A stretch of DNA of 64,000 nucleotides from Acidobacteriota bacterium. GTDB lineage: Bacteria; Acidobacteriota; UBA6911; RPQK01; CBDDCF01. Where the stretch lies: NCBI GenBank assembly GCA_965225995.1, contig CBDDCF010000032.1, forward strand, positions 98,838-162,837, read 5' to 3'. How positions within the stretch are numbered: the stretch's first letter is position 1; every line of letters begins with the position of its first letter. The translations under genes were made by a program, and so were the position numbers. This document shows positions 9,804 to 20,887 of the stretch, piece by piece. A model generated the notes under the pieces. The model had not been told where the DNA came from, did no database searches, and was given only the letters and a program-made list of their open reading frames with translations.

Positions 9804-12266
9804 ATGCTAGGTTTGATACAAAGTTTTTCCCACGCCTTTCGCTCGATCCGTAGGCGCCCCCAGACCGCTCTGGTGGTGATTCTGACGGCCGGGATCGGAA
9901 TCGGTTCGAGCACTGCAATCTTCTCGCTCATCAACGGGATGCTGCTGCATCCCCTGCCTTACCCGGATGCCGACCAATTGATTCGCATCCATCGGGAGCT
10001 CCCGAGGGGCGACCGTGCCATTCCGGTCACTTCCGCCGATTACGAAAATTGGAAGAACGGAGCTGAAACTCTGGCCGGGCTGGGAGCCCTTTCGAGTCGC
10101 GATTTCGAGGTGGCTTTGACCGATCCCAGCGAGGTTGAAACCATTCCGGCAGCCGAAGTGGATCCATCCCTTTTCGAACTCCTCGGAGTCAAACCGCTGT
10201 TGGGTCGGCTCTTCACCGAGCAGGAAGGCAGTGCGCAGGAAAAACTGGTTGTCTTGTCCTACGGATTTTGGAACGATCGCATGGGCCGCCGTGAAGACAT
10301 TTTGGGAGCCACGGTCTATGTCGGAGGAGAGCCGCGAACCGTCATCGGCGTGCTGCCCTCTGGTCTTGAGTATCCGCTGACCGATACTTTCTACATGCCC
10401 CGCATGTTCGGTACCGTAGTGTCGAGCCCGCCCAGCTCTGGTGGGGGAGGAGGAGCTCGCCGCCGCCGTGTGCATTTCTCGGTGTCTCTGGTGGGAGCGG
10501 TGGCCCGGGTCAAGCCGGGGATTCCGCTGGCGGACGTGGAAGCCGAATTGGACCGCCTGGCCGATCAGCGAATCAATCTGATCGGTGGAGGTCAGACTCC
10601 CCGAATCGTGGTCGAGAAGGTGACCGATTTCATCGTGGGACGGATTCGGCCAGCCCTCTGGCTGCTCAGCGCCGCGGTGATCTTCGTGCTTCTGATCGCT
10701 TGTGCAAACGTCGCCAATCTACTGCTTTCACGCGGCCTCGAGCGGCAGCGGGAAACCGCGATCCGAGCTGCGCTGGGGGCCGGTCGCTGGAAGCTGATCA
10801 CCCTCATGATCAATGAGAGCGTTGTCCTTTCCCTGTTGGGGGGAGGGTTGGGAGTCTTGCTGGCCTGGGTCGGGTTAAAGCTTCTGGTCGCGGAAAGCCC
10901 GGTCGATCTACCTCGCAGCGAACACATCGGAATCGATTGGGTGGTACTCGCTTTCACTACTGGAGTGGCTGTTCTGACCGGTGTGCTCTTTGGTATGGTT
11001 CCGGCTCTTCAAGTCTCGAAGCCGGATCTGAACCAGGCTCTCAAAGAAGGAGTCACCGATGCCACAGGTGGTCTCCGCATGGCTCGGCGCAACCGTTTGA
11101 GACTCGTCCTCGTGACGATAGAAGTCGCTTTCTCGATGGTATTACTGGTGGGGGCCGGACTGCTGGCCACGAGCTTCTTGAAGCTTCTCTTCTTGGATCC
11201 GGGGTTCAATCCTCGAAACCTGGTCTCGGTGTCGGCCAGGCCCGACTTCGGCCCCGGCCACGACCTCAATCGGCTCGAGAATTCCTATGATGAACTACTT
11301 CAGGAATTGAGAGCTGCCCCTGGAATCGAGTCGGCCAGCCTGGTCTCGTCGGTGCCTCCCAACAAAGGGCTCACTCGGAGCCCCTTCGAAGTGGACGGGG
11401 CCGCCTATGGCGACCGGGGGGAATACCCCACCGCCCATTTGTTGCTGGCCAGCGACGGTTACTTTGAGACGATGCAGATCCGCCTGTTGCAGGGACGAAC
11501 CTTTGAGAAGTCCGACATCAAAGGCCGGCGTGTCGTAGTGGTCAACGAATCGGTGGCTGATTACCTGGGGGAACAACCGCTCGGAAAGACGCTTATTATC
11601 AACGAGCAAGACTATGAGGTTGCGGGGATTGTTCAGGACGTCTTTCAGGCGGGACCGCAAGAGGATCCGGAACCCATCATCTATCAGCCGGCACGTTCCG
11701 GTGTGACGCGATCCGGGAACATGGTGATGGTGCGTCTCATGACCGTATTGGTGCGATCTTCGCTGGATGCGGAAACGCTGGCTCCGGTGATCCAAGATCG
11801 GGTCGAGACAACCGGCATGAAGCTCAGTAGTGTAGCCACCATCGAGCAGTCCCTGTGGCAATCCATCGCTCAGCCGCGCTTCTATTCGATCCTTTTCGGT
11901 GTCTTCGCCGTCGTGGCCCTGATCCTGGCGGCGGTCGGGCTCTTTGGAGTCATCTCGTACGCGGTCACTCAGGCTACCCGTGAAATTGGAATCCGCATGG
12001 CGCTGGGAGCTCAGCGGGGCGAGGTTTTGACCACTGTCTTGAAGCAGGGCATGGGATTGACCGTTTTTGGCCTGGTCTTTGGCTGGCTCGGGGCTCTTGC
12101 TCTGGGACGTTTCCTCGAGACTTTCCTCTATCGAGTGGACACCGCGGACATCAGAAGCTTCGTGATCGTCAGTCTAGTCTTCGTCCTGGCGGCGGTCATT
12201 GCGGCCTATCTGCCCGCCCGCCAGGCCACCCGAATCGACCCCTGGAGGGCTCTTCGCTACGAGTAG
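9804..12266 (+). CDS. ADOP-family duplicated ABC permease (MacB/FtsX)
   Basis: LLIACANVANLLL, EIGIRMALGA and RIDPWRALRYE; duplicated permease without an ATPase, typical of Acidobacteriota. Confidence 0.92.
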   Translation: MLGLIQSFSHAFRSIRRRPQTALVVILTAGIGIGSSTAIFSLINGMLLHPLPYPDADQLIRIHRELPRGDRAIPVTSADYENWKNGAETLAGLGALSSRDFEVALTDPSEVETIPAAEVDPSLFELLGVKPLLGRLFTEQEGSAQEKLVVLSYGFWNDRMGRREDILGATVYVGGEPRTVIGVLPSGLEYPLTDTFYMPRMFGTVVSSPPSSGGGGGARRRRVHFSVSLVGAVARVKPGIPLADVEAELDRLADQRINLIGGGQTPRIVVEKVTDFIVGRIRPALWLLSAAVIFVLLIACANVANLLLSRGLERQRETAIRAALGAGRWKLITLMINESVVLSLLGGGLGVLLAWVGLKLLVAESPVDLPRSEHIGIDWVVLAFTTGVAVLTGVLFGMVPALQVSKPDLNQALKEGVTDATGGLRMARRNRLRLVLVTIEVAFSMVLLVGAGLLATSFLKLLFLDPGFNPRNLVSVSARPDFGPGHDLNRLENSYDELLQELRAAPGIESASLVSSVPPNKGLTRSPFEVDGAAYGDRGEYPTAHLLLASDGYFETMQIRLLQGRTFEKSDIKGRRVVVVNESVADYLGEQPLGKTLIINEQDYEVAGIVQDVFQAGPQEDPEPIIYQPARSGVTRSGNMVMVRLMTVLVRSSLDAETLAPVIQDRVETTGMKLSSVATIEQSLWQSIAQPRFYSILFGVFAVVALILAAVGLFGVISYAVTQATREIGIRMALGAQRGEVLTTVLKQGMGLTVFGLVFGWLGALALGRFLETFLYRVDTADIRSFVIVSLVFVLAAVIAAYLPARQATRIDPWRALRYE

Positions 12267-12371
12267 GGTTTTCCGGGCTAGCCCCGCCTCCTTAAATCAC
12301 TCCTTTCAAGCTTGCCAGGGAGGTTTTTAGACAGCTTGAATTTTCTTTGCCTCCTGGGGCGCAAGCCTTGC

Positions 12372-12477
12372 TTTGTAGGAGTTAGATGTGCTGACGAAGT
12401 CCGTTTTCCTGGAACGAAACGCTGTTCATGGTCCGGCCTGGACGGCCGGGTTCGCCAGCCCAGCTCGCTCCTACAAA
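12372..12477. repeat. GTAG-type REP-like element
   Basis: TTGTAGGAG ... CTCCTACAA inverted arms between convergent genes; TGTAGGAG...GACGAAGTCC recurs near 42670. Confidence 0.45.
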
Positions 12478-12487
12478 ATGAGTTTAG

Positions 12488-14194
12488 TTAGTGCTCAAGC
12501 TCTCCGATCTCCGTCTCGAGCACTTTCAGCGAATCGCGAAGCTGTTGCAGCTCTTGCCGGGCCGTCTCCAGCTTCTCTCTTTCGGTGCGAACAAAACGAG
12601 AGTAGGGACCCATCGCATTCTGGATTTTCGAGGAGGTATCTTCCTGTGCCTGCTGGAAGCGCTCTTTCATGGCTCCCATCAGCTTCTCCCTCATTTGTCC
12701 GATTTTCTGGTGCAGTTCCTGCTTCGCCTTGCGGCGCCGGTTGGGGATGGCGAACAAGCCTAAAGCCGCCAATGTCCCCGCCGCCAGGAGGCCCGTCACA
12801 TCGACTGCGGTGGACGTTGCGATGATCGTTACGGCGGTTCCCAAGCCGACGGCCCCAACTTCTGCCAGAGCGGTTCCGGCGACGGCCCGAGCCACGCTGT
12901 CGGCCATGCGAGAAGCCTCTTTGCCCTGGTCGTAGTCCTCGACCGCTTTTCTGGACTCACGTCCGAAGCGATCGACAAGTTGCTGCCGGTCCAGGTGGAG
13001 AGAGTGGCTGACTTCTCCTACCAGGCGCTCGCTGCTGGTAGTACGACGCTTTTGCAAATGACGATAAATCGACTCCCACTGACGTCGATCATTCTCCAAC
13101 ATCCAATCGATGAGACGGCCCACTTTTTCGTCAATTTCTGAGGATAGATCTCCGACCACTTCCCTCTCGAAGTCGGCTTTGAGCCGATCCCGATCGAGTA
13201 GTCCCAGGATCCGTAACAGGCGCATCCGTCGATCGAAGAAGTCGCTGCCCCGGTGTTCCAGGTCATGCAGCCGATTTTCGACATCTGAAAGGCGAAAGCC
13301 AAACTCTCGTTGGGTGTCTTCGTTGTAGGTGTCCAGCTGGGTCTCGATATCCAGCAGCGTCTGGTGATCCTCCTCGAGCAGATCGTAGTCGGCAGTCAGC
13401 TGTTGACCCTGGTCGTCCATCAGCTTTGCCGCCACGCCCAGAGGGCTGAGCATCTTGAGACGAATTCGCTCGACTTCATCCAGTGTACTCCGAATATAGT
13501 CCTCGAGGGTCTCGAATTCATCCGTCTCGGGGGCCATGCCACGGGCCGAAACCAGAAAGAGAGGAGGACTTGCCGCCAGCAAATCACGGGCATTCCGCTT
13601 CACAAAAACGCGGACCTCTTCGAGCTCCGACGGGGTTCGCAGGAGATCCACCTTGTTGATCGCGAAGACAATCTTCTTTCCCCAGTCCCGTACTTGTTCC
13701 AGGAATCGCCGTTCGCTTTCTGAGAAGGGCCGGTCTGCCGAGGTGACGAAGAGGATCACATCAGCCCGCGGAATGAACTCTCGGGTCATGCGCTCATGTT
13801 CCCGGTCGATCGCGTTGGTGCCGGGTGTATCGACGATGCTGACGTGTTCCAGAATGGGCGCCTGGGCGGTGATGATCTCGAGGGCACCGGTCTCTTGTTT
13901 GCGGGAAGGTTCTCCCCACCGGATCAAGTGGACCGCGCGGGTGGTCGGCGTCACTCCTTCCGCCAGCAGAGGTTCCCCCAGGAGCCGATTGATGACAGCG
14001 CTCTTGCCGGCGTTGAACTCACCAATAACCATCACCAGAAAGAGTTCGTCCAGCTGTTCGATGGCGAGGCGTAGCGGGACGAGAGTATCGGTACTGAGTC
14101 CTTGCCGCGTGAGCTGGACCTCGGCCCAGCTTAACAACGATCGTTCGTCGCGCAGAAGCTTCTCTGCCTGAGGGTTAAGGCTTAGGTTGAGCAT
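12488..14194 (-). CDS. Bacterial dynamin-like GTPase
   Basis: GEFNAGKS, DTPG, NKVD; C-terminal hydrophobic hairpin and coiled coil. Confidence 0.88.
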   Translation of the reverse strand: MLNLSLNPQAEKLLRDERSLLSWAEVQLTRQGLSTDTLVPLRLAIEQLDELFLVMVIGEFNAGKSAVINRLLGEPLLAEGVTPTTRAVHLIRWGEPSRKQETGALEIITAQAPILEHVSIVDTPGTNAIDREHERMTREFIPRADVILFVTSADRPFSESERRFLEQVRDWGKKIVFAINKVDLLRTPSELEEVRVFVKRNARDLLAASPPLFLVSARGMAPETDEFETLEDYIRSTLDEVERIRLKMLSPLGVAAKLMDDQGQQLTADYDLLEEDHQTLLDIETQLDTYNEDTQREFGFRLSDVENRLHDLEHRGSDFFDRRMRLLRILGLLDRDRLKADFEREVVGDLSSEIDEKVGRLIDWMLENDRRQWESIYRHLQKRRTTSSERLVGEVSHSLHLDRQQLVDRFGRESRKAVEDYDQGKEASRMADSVARAVAGTALAEVGAVGLGTAVTIIATSTAVDVTGLLAAGTLAALGLFAIPNRRRKAKQELHQKIGQMREKLMGAMKERFQQAQEDTSSKIQNAMGPYSRFVRTEREKLETARQELQQLRDSLKVLETEIGELEH

Positions 14195-14285
14195 GCTTTC
14201 AGTTTGATCGTCCGCCCAAGGAAAAGCCCCGGTGCAACGGACCGAGACCTCCGCGTGGTCGTTTTAAGCGACCGGAGCAGACTCC

Positions 14286-14972
14286 TCAGTCTCGTCGGCC
14301 GGTCAGGATGAAGACATAGTAAAGCAGAGTGCTAATGGCTTGGATGGCTGCTGCCACATAGGTGAGGGCAGCCGCATTGAGCACCTTATTCACCCCCAGC
14401 AGTTCCTGGCCATGTAGGATCCCCTGCGAGCCCAAGAGCTTCTTGGCCCGGGCGCTGGCATCGAATTCGACGGGTAGCGTGACGATCGAAAACAGCGCTA
14501 CGGCGGCAAAGAGGCCTACACCGAGCCAGGCCAGATTGGTCAAATTCAGCAGGAACCCGCCAATGAAGATCAAGGGACCTAGCCAGCTACCGAACTGAAC
14601 TGCCGGCACCATCGCCGAACGCAGGCTCAAGGGAGCGTAATTCTGGGCATCCTGCAAGGCGTGTCCCATTTCGTGGGCTGCGATGCCGGCCGCTGCCACG
14701 GAATTACTGTCATGAACGCCTGGACTCAGGCGAAGCGTTTTGCTTCGCGGATCATAATGATCGCTCAGGAAACCGCCGACTTTTTCCACCCGGACATTGG
14801 ATAGTCCTTGAGAATCAAGTAGATGGCGAGCGATCTGGGCTCCCGTCACCCCCCGGCTGATGCCGACTTTGGAAAAGCGCGCGAACGTGCTCTTCACTTT
14901 CATCTGACCGTACAGTCCTAGCAGCAACCCGGGCAACGCAAACAACAAGTAAAGCGGATCAAGAAAGAACAT
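14286..14972 (-). CDS. Neutral zinc metallopeptidase (YugP/Zn_peptidase_2)
   Basis: SDHYDP, AAHEMGHALQ, TLPVEFDAS and AAALTYVA. Confidence 0.92.
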   Translation of the reverse strand: MFFLDPLYLLFALPGLLLGLYGQMKVKSTFARFSKVGISRGVTGAQIARHLLDSQGLSNVRVEKVGGFLSDHYDPRSKTLRLSPGVHDSNSVAAAGIAAHEMGHALQDAQNYAPLSLRSAMVPAVQFGSWLGPLIFIGGFLLNLTNLAWLGVGLFAAVALFSIVTLPVEFDASARAKKLLGSQGILHGQELLGVNKVLNAAALTYVAAAIQAISTLLYYVFILTGRRD

Positions 14973-15313
14973 CGTTTATCCTTGTACTCTTCGATTTTCC
15001 ATGTTGAGGATCGACTCGAACCTTTCCAAGCCAATCTCTACAATAACGCTCCCCGTGCCCCTTTTATTCTGCCACAATCTCCCAAACTTGCTCATCGAGG
15101 AAGAAAATCAGACGATCACAACCGGCAATCTGCCAAACGTTCGGAGTTCGCCACCGGGAGGTGGCTCCTACAATACGTGGCCTGCTTGGGAGCGGCAAGG
15201 CAATCGAAATAGCGAACGGTCACTCTTTTGGAAAGAGATCCCTGGATCCTTCTCCGTCGACATCGGGGTGGAATTTGACTCAACTCTTAGGAATTCGCTG
15301 CCATCCGGCCCAA

Positions 15314-17799
15314 CTAGGAGCCGGTGGCTTTGATGATCGGTCGCTGGCCAGACTTGGGAGCGAAAGGCAGCAGGGTAGCGGGCGAATCGCCTTTTCCCGC
15401 GCGCACCAGTTTGTCCCGATACATCTCCTTGTCGGAGATCGTTAGGAGCCGGTCGAGCGAGGTGGCATCGTCGGGGTAGGTCGCGCTTCCCATGCTGAAT
15501 CCGATGTTCAAGGTGCAGGTTACGGTCAGGCTTACCGGGTGGTTGTCGACTGCTCTCTGAATCTGGCGGACGATTCGAACGCTGTCAAGTTTGCTGACAC
15601 CGGGCAGGATTCCGACGAATTCGTCTCCTCCATAGCGGACGATGGTATCGGCCCGACGCATGTGGTTGCGTAAGATGTGGCTGACTTCGATCAGCACCCG
15701 ATCTCCGGCCTTGTGCCCGAGTTCGTCGTTGACTTCCTTGAAGCGATCCAAATCCATCATGATCAGAGTGACCGGATAACTAGAACGCTCGGCGCGGCGC
15801 AGTTCCTGCTCGACGAAGACCTGGAAGTAGCGGAGGTTGGGAAGACCCGTCAGCATGTCGGTGTAAGCGTCTTCTTTGGTCTCCTCGTACATAATGGCAT
15901 TAGACAGCGCAGTCGCGGCGTAACCGGAAATGGCTTCGACGATGCGGAGATGGTTGGGTCGGAAGGCCTCCTTGGTCCGGGCGTAGAGGGTGATGACTCC
16001 GACGATGTTCTCGTCCAACATAAGGGGTACCGCTAACCCGCTCTTGAGAAGCTCCATGAGTTCCTGGTCGCCCGAGAAGTCGGGGGACGGGAAACTCCTG
16101 CCAGAGCCCTCCGGTGGGCGGCCACCCAACCGGTCAGTCCGTCGCCTACACTCAGTACCTGTCGCCCCAACTTATCGGCTTCCAAGCCCGTGGTGGAGTA
16201 GGGGACCAGATTCTGGTTATTGGAATCGATCAGGAAGATGGAACAGGCATCGTGGGGAACCAGTTTCTGAATCTTGTCCGCCAAAAGGGCCATGGTTTCG
16301 GACACATTCAAGAGTCGGCCCATGGATTGGGAGAGGTCACTGATAGCTTGCACCTCTCGATGCACCGAAGCGATGTTATGGAAGACCGTGTTGGTGAGAC
16401 TGTGAGATCCCAATTCTCCTAGACCGGTGGGCGAAGTCCCCGCTGGATCGCCGACTCCCGAGTCCATCCGCTGGACGGCTTGCTCGAGTTCCGCGGTGTG
16501 TTGACGGAGTTGACTAACCACAAAAGGATCGAAGGACTTCCCCGATTCGGAGAGGATGTAGTCCAAGGCGGCATCGCGGCTCAATTTGGAACGGTAAGGC
16601 CGGTCCGAGCGCAGTGCGTCATAACAGTCGACTATCGAGAGGATTCGTGCTCCCAGGGGAATCGTCTCTCCTGCCAGGCCTTCCGGATAGCCGGATCCGT
16701 CCCATTTTTCGTGGTGATAACGGACGAAGGGGGAAACCGGATAAGGGAATGGTACCGATTCCAGAATGTCGGCCCCTACTGTGGCATGAGCCTTCATCGT
16801 CTCCATTTCAGTGTCGGTCAAAGAGGTGGGCTTGTTCAAGATGTGGTCTGGGGTAGCCAGCTTGCCGATGTCGTGGAGCAGAGCCGCGGCTCGCAGTCCC
16901 TCGAGTTCGGATTCGTCGGAAACGCCGCAGAAACGGGCCAGCTCGAGGGTCATCACCTGAACCCGGTGAATATGTCCGTGGGTCACCTGATCCTTAGCAT
17001 CGACCGCCATGGCCAGCGCTTCGATCGTCGAATGGTAGAGCAGGTTGACTTCTTCCACGTGTTCCCGCGCCTCATGAATCCGGTTCATGTTGGTCTTGTA
17101 GGCATAGAAGATCACGATCACGGTAGGAAGCGCGACTCCCGCAGCCACCAGAGCCGCTTCGTGAAAATTCAAGAAGATGACGATGGCAGCGCAGGATTCC
17201 GCGAAATTCGTCAGGGCGGCAGAGAAGAAGCTCTCATGCCAGGTTCGGCGCAAGGATTGTCCCGTGACCAGCGCGATGACCACCGAGATGGTACCGGCGT
17301 TCAAAGCGAAATAGAGGACGCCCGTGAGTCCCACCATCACGAAGAGGGAGCCAAGGCCGTCGATGCCATCCGGCTGCAAGGGAGCGGCCGAGCCCCAGGC
17401 CCAATAGAAAATGTGTGCCGTGACAAAGGTAATCAGCGGGAGCTGGAAGATATTAAAGAGTGCTTTTTGAGGAGTATTGACGAGCTGCCTGGATTTCCAG
17501 GTACTCATACAGGCTTCGACAGTGGTTACCAGTGCAGCGATGGCAGGTCCGAAGATGAGGATTGAGGCGAAGGAAAAGATCGTGCTAATGGTGAGGAGAA
17601 CGCCTCGATCCCGGCCTTTTCCACGGGGTAGATTGACCGGGAAGAGGGCCGAGACACCAGCTAGAATCGCAAGGATTGCCCACCGCGGATCCGGTTCTTG
17701 GAGCGCCTCGACCATCGAGTAAGTAACGACCAGGAGTCCCGCACTGACGATCAGACCGATATAGGCCTGGGCAACGAGCTTGCGATGTTGTTCAACCAT
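15314..17799 (-). CDS. Membrane HD-GYP/GAF/GGDEF c-di-GMP protein, one frameshift at about 16090
   Basis: ORF 16033-17799 has TMs, LHDIGK, HHEKWDGSGYP and the start of a GAF. ORF 15314-16129 has the GAF end, RRAD I-site and YGGDEF. Adding one base to the G run at 16089-16091 joins them. Confidence 0.85.
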
Positions 17800-17830
17800 C
17801 TTTTCACTCCCCTCGTAGAGCCCTCAGCGG

Positions 17831-18642
17831 GGCACTGTCAGAGGAAAGTCGCAAGGACTGAGTTCTCCACCGACGACAGGGAATTAGGCCGCCCCGAGCT
17901 GACGCCACTCGGCGAGTGCGGCGGCGCGGTTGAGCTTGAAATTGTCTCGTGAGCAGAGGTGTCGTGCCTGGTTGAAGTGATTGTAAACGGAAGAATGAAC
18001 GGTGGCGAATTTCTGGAGGCTTTGCATCCGCCTGAAACGGAGCATGGCGTGTTCTCGTCGCCGGAACGGCAGGTGTGAATTCTCCGCACGATTGTTCAGC
18101 CAGCGGCTGGCTTGTTGCAGACCGGATCCGCCCAGTTCGCGCAACGCCGCTCGGTAAGACCTGAGCCGATCAGTGATGATCGCATCCGGCCTGCCGTAGC
18201 GCTTCATTAGTTTCCTGAGGAATTTCAAAGCGGCTTCGCGGTCTCTCTTCTTCGAGACAAAGGCCTCAAGCACCTCGCCTTCCTGGTCGACGGCTCGCCA
18301 AAGGTAATGGCCTTCGCCGTTGATCTTCACGAACATCTCATCGAGGTGCCACCGCCAACCCGAAAACGCGCGCATTCGATCCATCCGCTTCTTGCGGATC
18401 TCGGCGGCGAAGATCGGGCCGAACCGGTTCCACCAGAACCGGATCGTCTCGTGGCTCACCTCGATCCCACGCTCGTGAAGAAGGTCCTCGACATTGCGTA
18501 GCGACAGTGGGAAGCGAACATACATCATCACTGCCAGGCGGATGATCTCGGGCGAGGTCTTGAAATAGCGAAAGGGGTTCTTCATCCGAAGACACTACAA
18601 GGCGCATCTCGCCGACTCAAGCCAGTTTCCTCTGACAATGCC
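17831..18642 (-). mobile_element. IS6-family element, copy 1 (812 bp)
   Basis: IRs GGCACTGTCAGAGGAAA / TTTCCTCTGACAATGCC flank an intact transposase. Confidence 0.95.
17884..18585 (-). CDS. IS6-family DDE transposase
   Basis: WHLDEMFVKING, YLWRAVD, ITDRLRSY, NNRAENSH. Confidence 0.95.
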   Translation of the reverse strand: MKNPFRYFKTSPEIIRLAVMMYVRFPLSLRNVEDLLHERGIEVSHETIRFWWNRFGPIFAAEIRKKRMDRMRAFSGWRWHLDEMFVKINGEGHYLWRAVDQEGEVLEAFVSKKRDREAALKFLRKLMKRYGRPDAIITDRLRSYRAALRELGGSGLQQASRWLNNRAENSHLPFRRREHAMLRFRRMQSLQKFATVHSSVYNHFNQARHLCSRDNFKLNRAAALAEWRQLGAA

Positions 18643-19589
18643 TTTCTCTGAGTACCGGATTCTCAGTCAAAAGATACTCGATCGCGTCCTGCTGGTCTCT
18701 GTTGATCCAACCGGCCAAGATCAGGAGCAGCAGCCGCCAGGGCCTGAGCACGAAGTTCATGGTTGATTAGATGCTCACGTCAAGTGCTCAGACGCAAAGG
18801 GGGAAAACATTGGGGCTCAACCAAGGCTGACTTCTGTTTGCCGTGACGGTTACAACTTGTTGCACAATAGAGACTTGTGGGTCGGCTGAATATTTTGACC
18901 TTACGGGCTGCGATCGAATCCCAGTGAGCAGCAAGGAAGGTACGCCAGGCCGTGCGGCTCGCGCGCTCTGGAGCTGGCTCGATGCCGTGGGCTTTGAGAA
19001 TGTTGCCAACCGTGGTGTCAGAGATGTGGAAGCCCAGGTTGGCTAAAGCACCCTGGATACGGTCATAGCCCCAGCTAGGAGTCTCCTGAGCCATGCGCAG
19101 AGCCAAGTCCACAATCTGTTGTCGAATGCGTGGTCGGCCAACGGATTGCCTCTTGTCTGAGTGATCCCACTTGCGAGCGATAAGCTCTCGATGCCAGCGC
19201 AGAAGCGTGTCGGGCCTGACGATCTTGGCCAGTTTGCCGAGGCTTTTTCGGCCCAGCACCTTGCCCTTGACGGCCAAGCGTCGACGCTGGTCGTCGTTGA
19301 GCAGAATGCGGCGCTTGCCGAGCTTTTCTCTGAGTACCTGATTCTCAGTCAAAAGATACTCGATCGCGTCCTGCTGGTCTCTGTTGATCCAACCGGCCAA
19401 GATCAGGAGCAGCAGCTGCCAGGGCCTGAGCACGAAGTTCATGGTTGATTAGATGCTCACGTCAAGTGCTCAGACGCAAAGGGGGAAAACATTGGGGCTC
19501 AACCAAGGCTGACTTCTGTTTGCCGTGACGGTTACAACTTATTGCACAATAGAGACTTGTGGGTCGGCTGAATATTTTGACCTTACGGG
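18643..19589 (-). repeat. 265-bp direct repeat (18643-18907 and 19325-19589): end and 5' region of an integrase-core-type element
   Basis: The two copies differ at about 3 positions; each contains the element end and the ATG of MNFVLRPW... Confidence 0.9.
18908..19442 (-). pseudogene. Truncated integrase-core (rve-like) transposase
   Basis: [44 protein letters not shown]; cut after AHWDSIAA, before the DDE core, by the second copy of its own end. Confidence 0.75.
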
Positions 19590-19853
19590 GTCGCGTGTGG
19601 CGCAGGTTTCGGGCAATCGGCGCACCAAACTTGCGGAACCAGCGCCGTACGCTCTCGTAGGAAATATCCAGACCCCGCTCCGCAAGGAGATCCTCCACAT
19701 CCCGATAGCTCAGAGCGAACCTGGCATAGAGCCAAACGGCGCGTCGAATGATTTCCGGTGGAAAGCGGTGACGTTTGAAGGAGATGGTGTCCATCCCAAA
19801 AGGCTACACCGAAATCGCCAGATCGAGATTAGAGAACTTAACGTGACGATGCC
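19590..19853 (-). pseudogene. Remnant of a different IS6-family element
   Basis: IR GGCATCGTCACGTT ends at 19853; ORF FKRHRFPPEII...LSYRDVEDLLAERG is truncated after about 69 aa. Confidence 0.8.
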
Positions 19854-19918
19854 GTAGGGAGGGCAGTCGAAGCCGGTGATTACCATAGGCTTAACTGCTC
19901 ATCCTTGAATTGTGAGAC

Positions 19919-20887
19919 CTACGGACCCTCGTCCAGATAATAGCCTGAGCCGACCAGGATCGGCAGGCCATAGGCCACGACCCTCTTGACGAAAGTCACC
20001 TTGCGTTGCAGCATCCCGGTGGTGGGATTGCGCGCCGAGTAGTACAGGAAGGTTTCGCCAAAAGCATCGCCGACGCTCACCACATCCCGGCCGCCGAAGG
20101 GTCCGTCCAGATAGTCGTTCAACTCGGGAGCAAGGCTGCCCCACCACTGGCTGCTGTAAGGATCGCCGCTGAACAGCGTGTTGCCGTAGGTATCCAGGCC
20201 GAACAGGTAGATCGAGCCGTTCCTCCAGCGTGGATCGCTTGACAGCGACCGGACGGCGAAGTACCCCTGCGATTCCAGCTCCATGGCGGCGCAGCGGACA
20301 AACTCCTGCAGTCTCCCGTTAGAAGGATCGTCCTCGAGCCCCATGGCGTTGACCTCTTCACTTCTGCACGTTCCGGGGAGGTCGCGTCGGTAGATCCCCG
20401 CGCCGATCGCGGCCGGGTTTCCCTCCCAGTCGATGCTCTTGACGTAGGAAGCCTTTGGCTCATCCCTGTCGGTCGCTGGGTTTGGGAAGGCGTAGTAGAG
20501 CCAGCCTTCATCGACGACGCTCATGACGCGATACAGTTCCTCGTAGTAGTCGCCGAAGGCGTCGATCAACGGTCCCCAGGGCTGCCCTTCCAGCGACGGA
20601 TCGGGCGGGAAGATGAAAGCTCGGGCGTCCAATCTCATCGTCGTCACTTCGTCGACGAAGACATAGATTGGGCCGTTTCTCCAACGCTCGTCCTCGTGGA
20701 AGGCCCGGCGGGCCTCCTCAAAGCCCACTTCCTGGACGAACTCGTAGGCGCATTGAACGAACGCTTGAACGTTCTCCGGTGTGCGTACAGCGCTGGCGGT
20801 GATGGAGCGATCCGCACAAGACAGCGGTTCGGCGCCCCCCTGGGCAACGAGAGCTGGCACGGCGGCGCACAGCAGGATTAAGGGCAT
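19919..20887 (-). CDS. Secreted tandem Cache-domain protein with no output domain; 5' end abuts IS6
   Basis: Two internal repeats (RWRNGPIYVF / RWRNGSIYLF and YYAFPNPAT..KASYVK / YYSARNPTT..KVTFVK) and a signal-like N-terminus. Confidence 0.7.
   Translation of the reverse strand: MPLILLCAAVPALVAQGGAEPLSCADRSITASAVRTPENVQAFVQCAYEFVQEVGFEEARRAFHEDERWRNGPIYVFVDEVTTMRLDARAFIFPPDPSLEGQPWGPLIDAFGDYYEELYRVMSVVDEGWLYYAFPNPATDRDEPKASYVKSIDWEGNPAAIGAGIYRRDLPGTCRSEEVNAMGLEDDPSNGRLQEFVRCAAMELESQGYFAVRSLSSDPRWRNGSIYLFGLDTYGNTLFSGDPYSSQWWGSLAPELNDYLDGPFGGRDVVSVGDAFGETFLYYSARNPTTGMLQRKVTFVKRVVAYGLPILVGSGYYLDEGP

Noticed and set aside
12488-14972. Dynamin plus peptidase as an anti-phage system
   Set aside because: A single dynamin among housekeeping-type genes with no defence context; not supportable from sequence alone.
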